Origin: Bacteroidia bacterium
Lineage (GTDB): Bacteria; Bacteroidota; Bacteroidia; NS11-12g; UBA955
DNA: 64,000 bases
Assembly: GCA_044377005.1 (NCBI GenBank)
Contig: JBILJV010000004.1
Coordinates: forward strand, 7,698-71,697
Direction: 5' to 3'
Below the pieces are notes generated by a model. That model ran no database searches. It saw only the letters and a program-made list of their open reading frames with translations, and was not told the DNA's origin. Positions 26,753 through 36,924 of this stretch are shown piece by piece. Both the position numbers and the translations under genes were made by a program. Positions within the stretch are counted from its first letter, which is position 1; each line of letters opens with the position of its first letter.

Positions 26753-29290
26753 TTATCTTATAAGATGAAAGGTACCTCTAAACCATCTTTCAATATTGTC
26801 GCAACCCACATATTGGGTGTAAAATACATAAACATCTTGAGGTGCTAAATCGCCTTTTATTTTTCCATCCCAAGTAACCGAAGGGGTATTAGATTCAAAG
26901 ATTTGTTCACCCCATCTGTTGTAAAGTCTTAGTTGGTAATCAGCCCCAGGGTCACTGTATTTGTTGCCAGGATATACATCGTTAATGTTATCTCCATTTG
27001 GTGTAAATGCATTCGGCATAAACAGGTCTGAAGGAAGTGCATTTGGGTCCTCTTTTATTTGGATAGAATCTGAAATGATACATCCGTTTTTGTTTCTAAC
27101 GGTAACTCGGTATGTACCTACTTGTGATACAACAATTTTCTGAGTTGTAGCGCCAGTATTCCATAAGTATTCTTCCATATTATCTGCTGCAACAATCGGA
27201 TACCTTGAGGATAAGCAGATTGTAGTATCGCTTCCCAATCCACCATCTATTTCTGGATATTGAATAATGTTAATAGTGTCAGATGCCAAACATCCTTCTT
27301 CTGTTTCAATATTTATAAAATATTTGCCAGGAGTGGAAACAAACAATTGTTTGCTGGTAATTTCCCCATTCCATAAATATGATTTGTAATTCCTTTTGGG
27401 ATCTAGTGTTCGAGAAATAGGACCACAATAAAAGGTGTCTGGTCCTAAATCTAAACCAATAAAATAAAAGTCAATATCTGCAGTGTCGTATATTGTACAA
27501 AGTTTATTTGCCGCGGTTACAATATAACGACCTCTTTGGGTAATAGTAATTTGTGGAGTGTTTTGTCCACTGTTCCATAAATATCTTGTTTCTGCTTGTG
27601 TTTGTGGATGAAAATTCTCTCCATCTAAAATGGTTCCTGTGCCCTCACAAATAAAGGTGTCTCTTAGTTGGGTTCTAGGAGGGGGATATAAAACAAAGGT
27701 TATACTATCTTCTCCTAAACAACCATTTTGATTGATTACCTTTACCCAATATGTACCAAGTGAAGGGATAAAAACGGAGGCGTCTGTTGTATTGTCATTC
27801 CACCTGTAAGATTGGTAACCATCTTTGCCTTTATAAGTGAATTGAACAAAACTGTCTCTACAAATTACAGAGTCTGGGCCTAAATCAAACTTGCTTAAAT
27901 CATTGAAAATGTCAATTGTGTCTTTTGATGAGCAAGGAAAATCAGTAGCAGTAACAATGTATCGGCCAGCTTTATTAACCACTAGATTTCTAGTAGTTTC
28001 TCCTGAATTCCAAACATAACTGAGATTAGGAGGGTTGCTAATTAGTGTGGTTGTAAAAGGGCCACAAAACAAAGTGTCATTTGGTAATTGAGCTTTAAAT
28101 TTCTTTTTAATTTCTATCTCATACCTGAATGTGTCAGAACATAAGTTCGTTTTTGCTACAAGTTGTATTGTGTAGTTGCCCGGAATGTTATATCTGTATG
28201 AAGGATTTGTTTGAATAGATGTATTATTGCTGCCATTAGGATCTCCAAAATCCCACAAATAACTTGTTCCTCCTGAGCTTCTGTTTTGGAATAGGACTAA
28301 GTCGGATTCACAACTTAAACTTGGTGCAAAGAAAGAAGAAACTACGTCAAATACACATTCACTAATGTTAAACTGATAATCTCTTTTGGTCTCACCAATT
28401 AAAACCCCTTTTCTATACTCTAATACTTTTACCCCAATAACGTAATTCCCTGTTCTATCTGGAGTTAGGGCCAATTTTCCTGTTTTGCTGTTGACGCTTA
28501 ATGTAGGTTGTCCATTAATTTGAAAGTTAGTATTATATGTATTTGACCATTGAACCTTTCTGTTATCATTATCAAAAGGATAAGTTGGAGGTTTTGTATT
28601 TACATTATCAAAAATATCTGGTTTTACTCCTGAAGGGCGTTGTTGAACATTATCACCACCTAAGAAAGGTTGATAAAGTTCGTAAACCAATGAATCTCCA
28701 TTATCGTCTATTGCACTATGATCGAAATTTAAAGGGGCATTTGTACATAAGAAGTTAGGAGGTAAATACTTAAAAAAAGGAGAGGAGTTACCTAATTTTA
28801 CGTCCTTTATTTCTGTCCAATAAGTGGCACCTGTAGCATCAGGTAGCATAATATTGTCTATAATTCGATTTCTGCAACATCGTTCAAATGTAATTGTGTA
28901 ACCCCTTCCGGCATTGTCAGGTAAAGATAATTGAGTTGTAAAAGTATATCTTATTACACATTCTGTAGGTTTATTTCTAACACAATTGTAGTTTAAGTCA
29001 GCAATTTTTACAGGATTGAATCCTTGAATGTTTTCTTTGCTCAAAGAAAGTGAAGCGGTATTCTTGTTTCTATTGTCAAAAACGTGAATAGTGATTCCAG
29101 CAACGTCATCTTCAATAACCCCCTCAAAAGCATTTTTACAGTCAAAATATACATACAATGTTATGTTATAAAGGTAATTATTGCCACTTCTTCCTGCGTA
29201 TTTATACATCATTTCTCCACCCACTATGTGAGAAGCACTTGATTTAAATGCTAAAAAAGCGCATAATATGATAGTTATAATTAACCTCAT
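26753..29290 (-). CDS. T9SS type-B (gliding-motility-associated, CHU_C) C-terminal-domain surface protein with PKD domain and five W-N-x-G repeats
   Basis: N-terminal SHIVGGEMMYKY module, PKD-like YLWDFGDPNGS...GNYTIQLVAKT, and C-terminal PNAFTPNGDNINDVY...LYNRWGEQIF typical of type-B sorting domains. Confidence 0.8.
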   Translation of the reverse strand: MRLIITIILCAFLAFKSSASHIVGGEMMYKYAGRSGNNYLYNITLYVYFDCKNAFEGVIEDDVAGITIHVFDNRNKNTASLSLSKENIQGFNPVKIADLNYNCVRNKPTECVIRYTFTTQLSLPDNAGRGYTITFERCCRNRIIDNIMLPDATGATYWTEIKDVKLGNSSPFFKYLPPNFLCTNAPLNFDHSAIDDNGDSLVYELYQPFLGGDNVQQRPSGVKPDIFDNVNTKPPTYPFDNDNRKVQWSNTYNTNFQINGQPTLSVNSKTGKLALTPDRTGNYVIGVKVLEYRKGVLIGETKRDYQFNISECVFDVVSSFFAPSLSCESDLVLFQNRSSGGTSYLWDFGDPNGSNNTSIQTNPSYRYNIPGNYTIQLVAKTNLCSDTFRYEIEIKKKFKAQLPNDTLFCGPFTTTLISNPPNLSYVWNSGETTRNLVVNKAGRYIVTATDFPCSSKDTIDIFNDLSKFDLGPDSVICRDSFVQFTYKGKDGYQSYRWNDNTTDASVFIPSLGTYWVKVINQNGCLGEDSITFVLYPPPRTQLRDTFICEGTGTILDGENFHPQTQAETRYLWNSGQNTPQITITQRGRYIVTAANKLCTIYDTADIDFYFIGLDLGPDTFYCGPISRTLDPKRNYKSYLWNGEITSKQLFVSTPGKYFINIETEEGCLASDTINIIQYPEIDGGLGSDTTICLSSRYPIVAADNMEEYLWNTGATTQKIVVSQVGTYRVTVRNKNGCIISDSIQIKEDPNALPSDLFMPNAFTPNGDNINDVYPGNKYSDPGADYQLRLYNRWGEQIFESNTPSVTWDGKIKGDLAPQDVYVFYTQYVGCDNIERWFRGTFHLIR
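27055..28090 (-). repeat. five tandem ~65-aa coding repeats (Y-x-W-N-x-G ... G-x-Y-x-V ... C) inside the 845-aa protein
   Basis: YVWNSGETT..GRYIVTA, YRWNDNTTD..GTYWVKV, YLWNSGQNT..GRYIVTA, YLWNGEITS..GKYFINI and YLWNTGATT..GTYRVTV. Confidence 0.6.
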
Positions 29291-29328
29291 TTAATGAATT
29301 AGACGTACAAAGTTAAAAAAAGTTTCAA

Positions 29329-32280
29329 TTATTTTTGATTTATTATTTTCATATATTCATTCAAAAACTGTTCCGCTTCTTTTTTCTTGCCAATTTTTTC
29401 TAATTCAGTACCCAAATAATAGTATGCTTCAGCATTGTTCGGTTCTAATTGTATTGCATACTGTAAATTCATAAATGCTGAATCTAATTCATTTAATCTT
29501 AATTGTGCCTTACCTAAGCCTAAATAACCCCTTCCCACATTCCCATAAGTTTCCAAAAAGGAATAAAAATGATTTCTAGCCAAATCGTTTTGATTTTGTA
29601 ATAACTTGATTTCTCCCATTAATAATGGTGCAGAAGCATTCTTTTTGTTTTTGAATGCTTGGGATAAGTTATCGTATGCTTTGGTTAATAAATTTAAATC
29701 AGGGCTGTTGGGGTTTTTCATCATTGCTTGAGTATATAAAACTTCACCCACACTTTGAAGGGCATCGTAATTGCCGGTTTTTAGCTTTATTGCAACATTA
29801 TAAAAATACAAAGCACTGTCTAATTGCATTTTTAACTTATAGGCATTAGCAACACCTCTAGCAAATTCCTCTTCTAACGGGTTGTACTGATAAGCCAATT
29901 TGTAAAAATAAAGAGCGCTATCACCATTATTCTTTTTTAAATATTGATTCCCTTTATAACCATAATGGTTTTCTGCTTTTACAATTGCAGTTATTGGAAC
30001 TCCTCCTACATTGATAACATGTATAGTTCCTTTGGGTGGCCAATATCCATCTAAAATTTGGTTTTTTGAGAGAGTTCTTGTGCTCCAAATGGCGTAATCC
30101 CAATTGTTATTCATCCATTCCATTTCTCTGGTCCATAAACATGGAACATCTTTGCCTGCATTAACAAATGTTTTTAAAGCTTCTTGATTTGAATTTGCAT
30201 TGATTTTGATTTTAGGATTGCCATTGTTGTCTTTTTCTAATATTTCAGGTTTACTTTTTACAAGCCATTCAAAAGCCTCTCTTGGTGTTTGGTTCCAGTA
30301 ATCTATATCATAATTTCCATGAGCCCCTTTTATCCCTCCAATAATTTCATTGAAGTACATGTATTGATAAGGGTGGTTTTTTATATTCCAAGCAATTGGG
30401 CTTATTAAACTCACTATAAAAATGCCCCATATGACTAAACTAATTGTTTTGTTTTTAAAGAATAATCCTAATTGATGCCATGCTAAAACAGAAAGCACTG
30501 TTAATGTTGGATAAATAAACAAAAAGTGTCTCCATCCATTGTAAACATAAGATTTTTTGTAAATAGCATAAGCCAATGGGAAAACTGAAGCAAATAGTAA
30601 TAAAAAAAGGATTAATTTACCTAAAGTGTCTTTTTTCAACCAATTGATAATTGGACCAATAAATACTCCAAATAACAATCCTACAGGGGCCGTTATTATA
30701 ATCATTTTAGGGATATAATACCATGGTTTTTCATACAAACGAACCCCCTCAAATAATTCATAATAAGTGAGTAAGCCAAATTTTTCAAATTGTTTTAAAG
30801 CGTTAAATACTCCTGTCAAGGGTTGTCTCAATGCATATGGCCAAAAGAATATTCCAAAAATATAAGCACTAATGGAGATGATAACAATTGTTTTAATATG
30901 TATTTTAAAGGTTTTACTTGCATTTTTTTTGTATTGAAACAAAAGCCAATACAATCCAATAAACATAACCATATATCCAAAAATTAGCAATGCTCCTACC
31001 CTTACACTCAAAGCAAAACCGATAGCAATGGCAAGCATTACTTTGGTTTGATGTTTTGGTTTAGGTAATTCTTGAAGAAGTTTTACTAAGTAGTAAATGG
31101 ACATAATATAGCCTGTTGCAAATGGAATATCTTTGGAGTTGTTGAAGAAATGACCATATAAAGAAGGTGATGCAAATAAAGCAATAACTGTAATTACAGC
31201 GGGGAGCCAACCAGAGAGTCGTCTAACAAGTAAGGCTGTAAATAAGACTAAAAAGAAACCAATAATCGAATCTATTAAGTGTCTTGCGTAATATTCATTT
31301 TCAAATCCAAATACATTATTAACCGCCCTAATAACTAAATCCACACTAGAGCCATAAGAGAGTTTGCCAAATTCACTAATTTTGGGGTCAAACATTGTCG
31401 TATCACTTCCAAAACTTGTGTAAAATTTGATAACATGTTTAGAGAATTCATTATGTGCAGGTTCGTCCCAAGTGACATTATAATCTTTGCTTGTATATGC
31501 CATGCCAAAAAGGAGCGTTAAGCATAAAACAGCGAAAGTTTTTTTATAAATTGGAGCATTAATGTTGGACCAATCGTTTGACTCTTCCTTAATATTTGTT
31601 AACTTGAAAAAACTACTCCAAAACAATTTAAATCCTAAAAGTGTATTTTTAATTGCCGATTTTAAACCATCACCAATTACAAAATCATTGGTCCCTAAAT
31701 CAAATGAAACAGGCGTGTTTAGTTGTTCCTTTTCAGTAAGTGCAGCAATATGCCAAGCATCTTTAATTTTGTTTTTGAGGACTATTTTTTCAAACAAGTC
31801 TAATGGCATTAATACAGCTTCACAAGTTGATAAGTTAGATTCAACCCCCGAAAATAATTTACCCCAAAAATTAGAAATATAATGAATGTATTTTTGTAAA
31901 AAACCTGCTTTTTGAGGGATTAAACCATCCGCAACAACAACTTTGCTGGGAACAAAAAGCTTATTAGCTTTTTGAGACCACTTAAAATAAAGTGAAGGTT
32001 CGTTTGCCAAAGGAAGTTTTAAGGGAATAATGTTTTTTATATTCTCATCAAAAGTGACACCATTTATGATTTTAATTTTACCACTTTGTATTAGATTCTC
32101 TGTTTCTTTTGACTTTAACGATTGGTCCGAATACAATTCAATAGGATGGTTGGGCTTGATGCAGATTTCTGCTAATTGGATTAAATCTTCTTCGGCTTGA
32201 GGCGATCCATTAGAGGATAGGATATAAAAAGCCGTGTTTGATCCATTTGATTTGATTTTATCACTTTGATGATTGCTCAT
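29329..32280 (-). CDS. three-part membrane protein: unknown cytoplasmic N-domain, then a GT-C (PMT/ArnT, GT39/83-like) polytopic glycosyltransferase core, then C-terminal TPR repeats
   Basis: About 240 aa of soluble N-terminus, then about 11-13 hydrophobic helices. The first-loop acidic motif is VTWDEPAHNEF. The C-terminal ~220 aa has TPR-like pairs (ALYFYKLAYQYNP, AEAYYYLGTELEKIGKKKEAEQF). Confidence 0.55.
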   Translation of the reverse strand: MSNHQSDKIKSNGSNTAFYILSSNGSPQAEEDLIQLAEICIKPNHPIELYSDQSLKSKETENLIQSGKIKIINGVTFDENIKNIIPLKLPLANEPSLYFKWSQKANKLFVPSKVVVADGLIPQKAGFLQKYIHYISNFWGKLFSGVESNLSTCEAVLMPLDLFEKIVLKNKIKDAWHIAALTEKEQLNTPVSFDLGTNDFVIGDGLKSAIKNTLLGFKLFWSSFFKLTNIKEESNDWSNINAPIYKKTFAVLCLTLLFGMAYTSKDYNVTWDEPAHNEFSKHVIKFYTSFGSDTTMFDPKISEFGKLSYGSSVDLVIRAVNNVFGFENEYYARHLIDSIIGFFLVLFTALLVRRLSGWLPAVITVIALFASPSLYGHFFNNSKDIPFATGYIMSIYYLVKLLQELPKPKHQTKVMLAIAIGFALSVRVGALLIFGYMVMFIGLYWLLFQYKKNASKTFKIHIKTIVIISISAYIFGIFFWPYALRQPLTGVFNALKQFEKFGLLTYYELFEGVRLYEKPWYYIPKMIIITAPVGLLFGVFIGPIINWLKKDTLGKLILFLLLFASVFPLAYAIYKKSYVYNGWRHFLFIYPTLTVLSVLAWHQLGLFFKNKTISLVIWGIFIVSLISPIAWNIKNHPYQYMYFNEIIGGIKGAHGNYDIDYWNQTPREAFEWLVKSKPEILEKDNNGNPKIKINANSNQEALKTFVNAGKDVPCLWTREMEWMNNNWDYAIWSTRTLSKNQILDGYWPPKGTIHVINVGGVPITAIVKAENHYGYKGNQYLKKNNGDSALYFYKLAYQYNPLEEEFARGVANAYKLKMQLDSALYFYNVAIKLKTGNYDALQSVGEVLYTQAMMKNPNSPDLNLLTKAYDNLSQAFKNKKNASAPLLMGEIKLLQNQNDLARNHFYSFLETYGNVGRGYLGLGKAQLRLNELDSAFMNLQYAIQLEPNNAEAYYYLGTELEKIGKKKEAEQFLNEYMKIINQK

Positions 32281-32305
32281 TTTAAGTATTTTTTTGAAAT
32301 AATAG

Positions 32306-32896
32306 TTACAACTGTTTTAGAGATTGTTTAATAAGGAATTCGACACTTAGCTCTAATTTATTGTTATTGGTAATTTTGAGTAAAGTTTTTTCTGCAATAT
32401 TTCTTTGAAATCCAAGGGCTTGTAATGCTAATAACGCTTCGTCAAATGATTTAGGTGCTGCATTTACAAAATCATCAGGGTCAATCGATTGTGTTAGTTT
32501 GCCGATTTTATCTTGTAATTCTAAGATAATTCGTTGTGCAGTTTTTGGGCCAACTCCTTTAACAGCTTTTAATAAAGACAAATTTCCTGTAGAAATGGCA
32601 CTTATGATTTCTGTAGGAGATTGACCGCTTAATATCATTCTTGCAGTGTTTGTTCCAACCCCATTTACTATAATAAGTTGCCTAAATAATTGACGCTCAG
32701 TTTCGTCAAAAAAGCCATAAAGGTAGTGACCATCTTCTTTAATGGCCAAATGAGTTAAAATACGAATGTTTTTTTCTGATTTTATCTTTTCGTATGTGTT
32801 GATGCTAATTTGTAAATGAAAACCAATCCCATTGCAATTTAGAACCAAGAATGCTGGATTAGCATGTTCTATTTTACCTTCTATAAAATCATACAT
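32306..32896 (-). CDS. ruvA: Holliday junction DNA helicase subunit RuvA
   Basis: MYDFIEGKI... OB domain and helix-hairpin-helix pairs (VNGVGTNTARMIL, VKGVGPKTAQRII). Confidence 0.95.
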   Translation of the reverse strand: MYDFIEGKIEHANPAFLVLNCNGIGFHLQISINTYEKIKSEKNIRILTHLAIKEDGHYLYGFFDETERQLFRQLIIVNGVGTNTARMILSGQSPTEIISAISTGNLSLLKAVKGVGPKTAQRIILELQDKIGKLTQSIDPDDFVNAAPKSFDEALLALQALGFQRNIAEKTLLKITNNNKLELSVEFLIKQSLKQL

Positions 32897-32899
32897 ATA

Positions 32900-33979
32900 C
32901 TATGCAATTATTGATTCATTTTGTTCAATACATTTTACCCAATTATGTGTATCAGGTATTTGCAAAGTTTTAATTAATTCTAATTCAGTTTTTAATTTGA
33001 AGCCCAATAAATCTTCAGTTACAACTAAATTATATTTTTCGTCACGGAAACCAAAACAATCTATATGGGTAATGGTTGCAGCAGTACCTGTAACAAACAT
33101 TTCCACTAAATCACCATTTGCATGCCATTTAAGTAAATCTTGAACTAAGATAGGTTCTTCGAAGATTGGAATATGATGGTCTTTTATCATTTTGATAACA
33201 GAATCTCTTGTAATTCCTGCAAGTAATGAATCAGTTAAATTAGGTGTGTAAACGCCATTTTTGGTAACAACGAAAATATTACTAGTGCCTGTTTCTTCCA
33301 ATTTAGTATGAGTAATTCCATCGGTCCAAAGGACTTGGTCAAAACCATCTTTTTGTGCTAAATTCCTAGGATATAATGAAGCTGCGTAATTGCCAGCGCA
33401 TTTTGCACTTCCAACCCCACCAGCCGAAGCTCTTGTGTAATGCTCTTCAATTTTTACTTTAATGTTCCCTGCATAGTATGAACTAACAGGACAAGCATAT
33501 ATCATGAAGCTGTAATTGTCGCTAGATTTTACACCCAAAAAATCATCTGTTGCAAACATAAATGGTCTTAGGTACAATGAACTTCCTACTGAAGAAGGAA
33601 TCCAATCTTTGTCTAAGTTAAGGAGTTTTGATAATGCCTCCATAAAAATTTCTTTTGGAAAATGAGGCATACTCATTCTATCAGCAGAACGGTTTAATCT
33701 GTTTAAGTTTTCTTCGGGTCTGAAAAGAGTTATTTCACCGTTTGGTGTTTTGTAGGCTTTCATACCTTCAAAAATGGACTGACCATAATGAAGAGCTGAA
33801 AGGGTAGGACTCATTGGAATTTTTCCAAAAGGAATGATTCTAGGGTCATTCCATTGATTGTCGTAATAATCGCAAATGAACATGTGGTCGGTAAAAACTT
33901 TACCAAAACTGATATTATTTGGATCGAAATCTGAAATTTTTGAATTTTCTGTGGGATTTATTGTAATTTTGAAACTCAT
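32900..33979 (-). CDS. ilvE: branched-chain amino acid aminotransferase
   Basis: 359 aa of the class-IV aminotransferase type (LHYGQSIFEGMKAY, ...AGNYAASL..., GITRDSV). Confidence 0.88.
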   Translation of the reverse strand: MSFKITINPTENSKISDFDPNNISFGKVFTDHMFICDYYDNQWNDPRIIPFGKIPMSPTLSALHYGQSIFEGMKAYKTPNGEITLFRPEENLNRLNRSADRMSMPHFPKEIFMEALSKLLNLDKDWIPSSVGSSLYLRPFMFATDDFLGVKSSDNYSFMIYACPVSSYYAGNIKVKIEEHYTRASAGGVGSAKCAGNYAASLYPRNLAQKDGFDQVLWTDGITHTKLEETGTSNIFVVTKNGVYTPNLTDSLLAGITRDSVIKMIKDHHIPIFEEPILVQDLLKWHANGDLVEMFVTGTAATITHIDCFGFRDEKYNLVVTEDLLGFKLKTELELIKTLQIPDTHNWVKCIEQNESIIA

Positions 33980-34003
33980 TTCACTTGCGAAATAATCAAA
34001 AAA

Positions 34004-34504
34004 ATGGAGGAAAACCTAATTTTATCAGAAAATTTTCCTGAACTACTAGCCCAATTTATGGAAGGAGAGTTTTATCAAATTCAAGAGAGTCGTTGGTATG
34101 ACAAGTTTGAATACGAAGGAGAGAACAAATATCGCTTTCTAAATATAGTTAATCATACCGAATATAAAAGTCTTTCTGAGGAGGATAGTTTGTTCTTTTA
34201 TAAATTTACAAATGCGATTCAGTCCGAAAAATACAAAATGGATAAAGATGGTTTTGCTGTATTAAACATCAGCCTTTACCCTGGTGTGGAATGGAAGAAT
34301 ATCATTGATATTTTTCAACCTAATTTTTGTTTTTTTTGGGGTGTAAGTCCCTCTTTATTTGGTATAAATATTAATAAATATAAAGCATCAGTTCACAATA
34401 ATATTAAAATGCTTTATGTAGATAGTATGAATTCGGTTTTTTCAAACAGTTCACTTAAGATACAATTGTGGGAACAAACGAAGCCATTGTTCGGCATTAA
34501 ATAA
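34004..34504 (+). CDS. hypothetical protein
   Basis: 166-aa ORF with coding-like composition and no motif I recognise. Confidence 0.3.
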   Translation: MEENLILSENFPELLAQFMEGEFYQIQESRWYDKFEYEGENKYRFLNIVNHTEYKSLSEEDSLFFYKFTNAIQSEKYKMDKDGFAVLNISLYPGVEWKNIIDIFQPNFCFFWGVSPSLFGININKYKASVHNNIKMLYVDSMNSVFSNSSLKIQLWEQTKPLFGIK

Positions 34505-34516
34505 TTTATAAATTGT

Positions 34517-35101
34517 ATGCAAGAATTGATTTTTGTATCGACCAATAAGGGTAAAATAAATGAAATTAACCAACTTTTGAAAGAGGTATTTATTATCAAA
34601 GGATTACATGAAATTAGTTATTTTGAAGAAATAAAGGAAACAGGATCTACTCTTAATGAAAATGCACAAATAAAAGCACAAACTATTAATGATATTTTCA
34701 AGATAAATTGTTTTGCCGATGATAGTGGTTTGATGATTGAAGCTTTAAATAATCAACCTGGCGTAAAAAGTGCACGATTTGCAGGAGAAAATGCAACAGA
34801 CAAAGAGAATATCGATAAAGTTTTAACTTTATTGGATGGTGTTGAAAATAGAAAAGCGTATTTTAATACCGTTATATGTTTAGTATGGAACAATGTCAAC
34901 TACTATTTTGAAGGGAAAATTGAAGGTAGCATAGCAAATCAGCCCTTAGGAGAAAATGGTTTTGGTTATGATCCAATATTTGTACCTAATGGATTTGATG
35001 TTTCGTTTGCACAAATGACAAATGAAGAAAAAAATAAAATTAGCCATAGAAAAATAGCAGTTCAAAAATTAATTAATCAACTTAATAGTTTTGCCGAGTA
35101 A
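34517..35101 (+). CDS. rdgB: non-canonical purine NTP pyrophosphatase (RdgB/HAM1 family)
   Basis: Contains FVSTNKGKINE, ADDSGLMIEALNNQPGVKSARFAG, GFGYDPIF and SHR. Confidence 0.9.
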   Translation: MQELIFVSTNKGKINEINQLLKEVFIIKGLHEISYFEEIKETGSTLNENAQIKAQTINDIFKINCFADDSGLMIEALNNQPGVKSARFAGENATDKENIDKVLTLLDGVENRKAYFNTVICLVWNNVNYYFEGKIEGSIANQPLGENGFGYDPIFVPNGFDVSFAQMTNEEKNKISHRKIAVQKLINQLNSFAE

Positions 35102-36287
35102 AGAAGATTTATTTATAGATATTAATGCTTTTGACTACCCTCTTTTAGAAAGTCAAATTGCTCAGTTCGCATTAGAGCCCAGAGATTCATCAAAGCTATT
35201 GATATATAAGGTTGATGACCAGAAGATAAAAGAAGATGTTTTTAAGAATTTAACAGAAAATGTTCCCAATAATGCCTCTTTTTATTTTAACAATGCCAAA
35301 GTAATTCCTGCTAGAATTTTCCTTACTACAGTTACTGGGGCTAAAATTGAGGTCTTTTTGCTTAAACCATTTGATAAAGATTATCAACAAGCAATGTCAG
35401 CACTACATTCTATCAAATGGGAATGTATGATAGGAAACAAAAAGAAATGGAAAAATGATGAAATATTAACGCTCAATCTCAATGGCAATCTCGTTGAATT
35501 TGAATTAGTTAATGATAAAATTGTTGAAATTAAATGGTCCTTAGATTTAGCATTTGTTTCTTTACTAACGGAAATTGGCAAAATTCCATTGCCTCCTTAT
35601 ATAAAAAGATTGAGTAACGAACATGATGAAACCAGATACCAAACAGTTTATTCAAAAATAGAAGGTTCTGTAGCTGCACCAACTGCGGGGTTACATTTTA
35701 CTGACGCAGTCCTTGAGTCAATTAATAAAAAAACACAAGGTATACGAGAATTGACATTGCATGTAGGAGCGGGTACTTTTTTGCCGGTTAAAGTGCAAAA
35801 TGCAATAGAACATAATATGCATGAAGAGCATTTTTCAATTAATATTATAACTATAAAACAATTGCTATATGATGAGTATGTCATAGCGGTAGGTACAACT
35901 TCGGTAAGGGTTATAGAAAGCTTGTATTGGTGTGGACTGAATGTTATAAATGAAACAGTAAATCCATTTTGTATTGATCAATTTGTCGCATTTAATGAGG
36001 ATAGTAAAGTATTGCCTGACTATAAAGTTGTATTGACGGCCCTCATTAAATACTTGGAAAATGAAAATAAGGAGCAATTAATTGGAATTACTTCAATAAT
36101 GATTTTTCCAGGGTATGAGTTTAAAATAGTTCGTGGATTAGTAACCAATTTTCACCAACCTAAATCAACTTTGTTACTATTGATTTCAGCCTTTGTCAAT
36201 CAAAATTGGAAACAAATATATCAATACGCTTTACGTCATCAATTCCGATTTTTAAGTTATGGGGATAGTTCAATCTTGTTGAGGTAA
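35091..36287 (+). CDS. queA: S-adenosylmethionine:tRNA ribosyltransferase-isomerase
   Basis: Contains FDYPLLESQIAQFALEPRDSSKLL, PLPPYIKR, YQTVYS, AAPTAGLHFT, VGTTSVR and a GDSSIL terminus. TTG start overlaps rdgB by 11 nt. Confidence 0.9.
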   Translation: MPSKEDLFIDINAFDYPLLESQIAQFALEPRDSSKLLIYKVDDQKIKEDVFKNLTENVPNNASFYFNNAKVIPARIFLTTVTGAKIEVFLLKPFDKDYQQAMSALHSIKWECMIGNKKKWKNDEILTLNLNGNLVEFELVNDKIVEIKWSLDLAFVSLLTEIGKIPLPPYIKRLSNEHDETRYQTVYSKIEGSVAAPTAGLHFTDAVLESINKKTQGIRELTLHVGAGTFLPVKVQNAIEHNMHEEHFSINIITIKQLLYDEYVIAVGTTSVRVIESLYWCGLNVINETVNPFCIDQFVAFNEDSKVLPDYKVVLTALIKYLENENKEQLIGITSIMIFPGYEFKIVRGLVTNFHQPKSTLLLLISAFVNQNWKQIYQYALRHQFRFLSYGDSSILLR

Positions 36288-36382
36288 AGTTTTTATAAAA
36301 ATTATAAATTTTGGGTTTATTTTCGCAAACTAAAATTAATTTGGCACGAAATTAGAATTAAGACTAATTAATTTAAACATCT

Positions 36383-36910
36383 ATGAAATTAAGAATATTA
36401 TTATTTGTCATTTTTACAGCATTTACTTCTAGTCAGTTAGTGGCTCAAAAGTTTGGATACGTAGATACAGATTACATATTGTCACAAATGACTGAGTTTA
36501 AAGCGGCTCAAAAGCAACTTGATGAAGCCTCTCAAAAATGGGAACTAGAAATTAAATCATTTCAAGGCGAAATAGATAAAATGTATAAAGAATACAAGTC
36601 GGAAGAAATTATGTTAAGCCCTTCACAAAGAGAAGAAAGGGAAAATGCGATAGTAAAAAAAGAGGAATCTTTGAGAGAGTTTGAACAGGATAAATTTGGT
36701 GTAAATGGTCAACTATTCAAAAAAAGACAAGAATTAATAAAACCTATCCAAAGTAAAATATCAGAAGCTATTCTAAAAGTAGCCAAAAATAATGGTCTAG
36801 ATTTTATTTTCGACAAATCTGCCAATATGAATATTTTATATAGTAATATAAAGTATGATAGAAGTGGGGATGTTTTAGATGAGTTAGGTGTAGTTCCAAA
36901 TAAAGATTAA
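36383..36910 (+). CDS. OmpH/Skp family periplasmic chaperone
   Basis: Signal peptide, KFGYVDTDYILSQM start of the mature protein, and a long coiled-coil arm. Confidence 0.8.
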   Translation: MKLRILLFVIFTAFTSSQLVAQKFGYVDTDYILSQMTEFKAAQKQLDEASQKWELEIKSFQGEIDKMYKEYKSEEIMLSPSQREERENAIVKKEESLREFEQDKFGVNGQLFKKRQELIKPIQSKISEAILKVAKNNGLDFIFDKSANMNILYSNIKYDRSGDVLDELGVVPNKD

Positions 36911-36924
36911 TTTAAAAAAGTACA

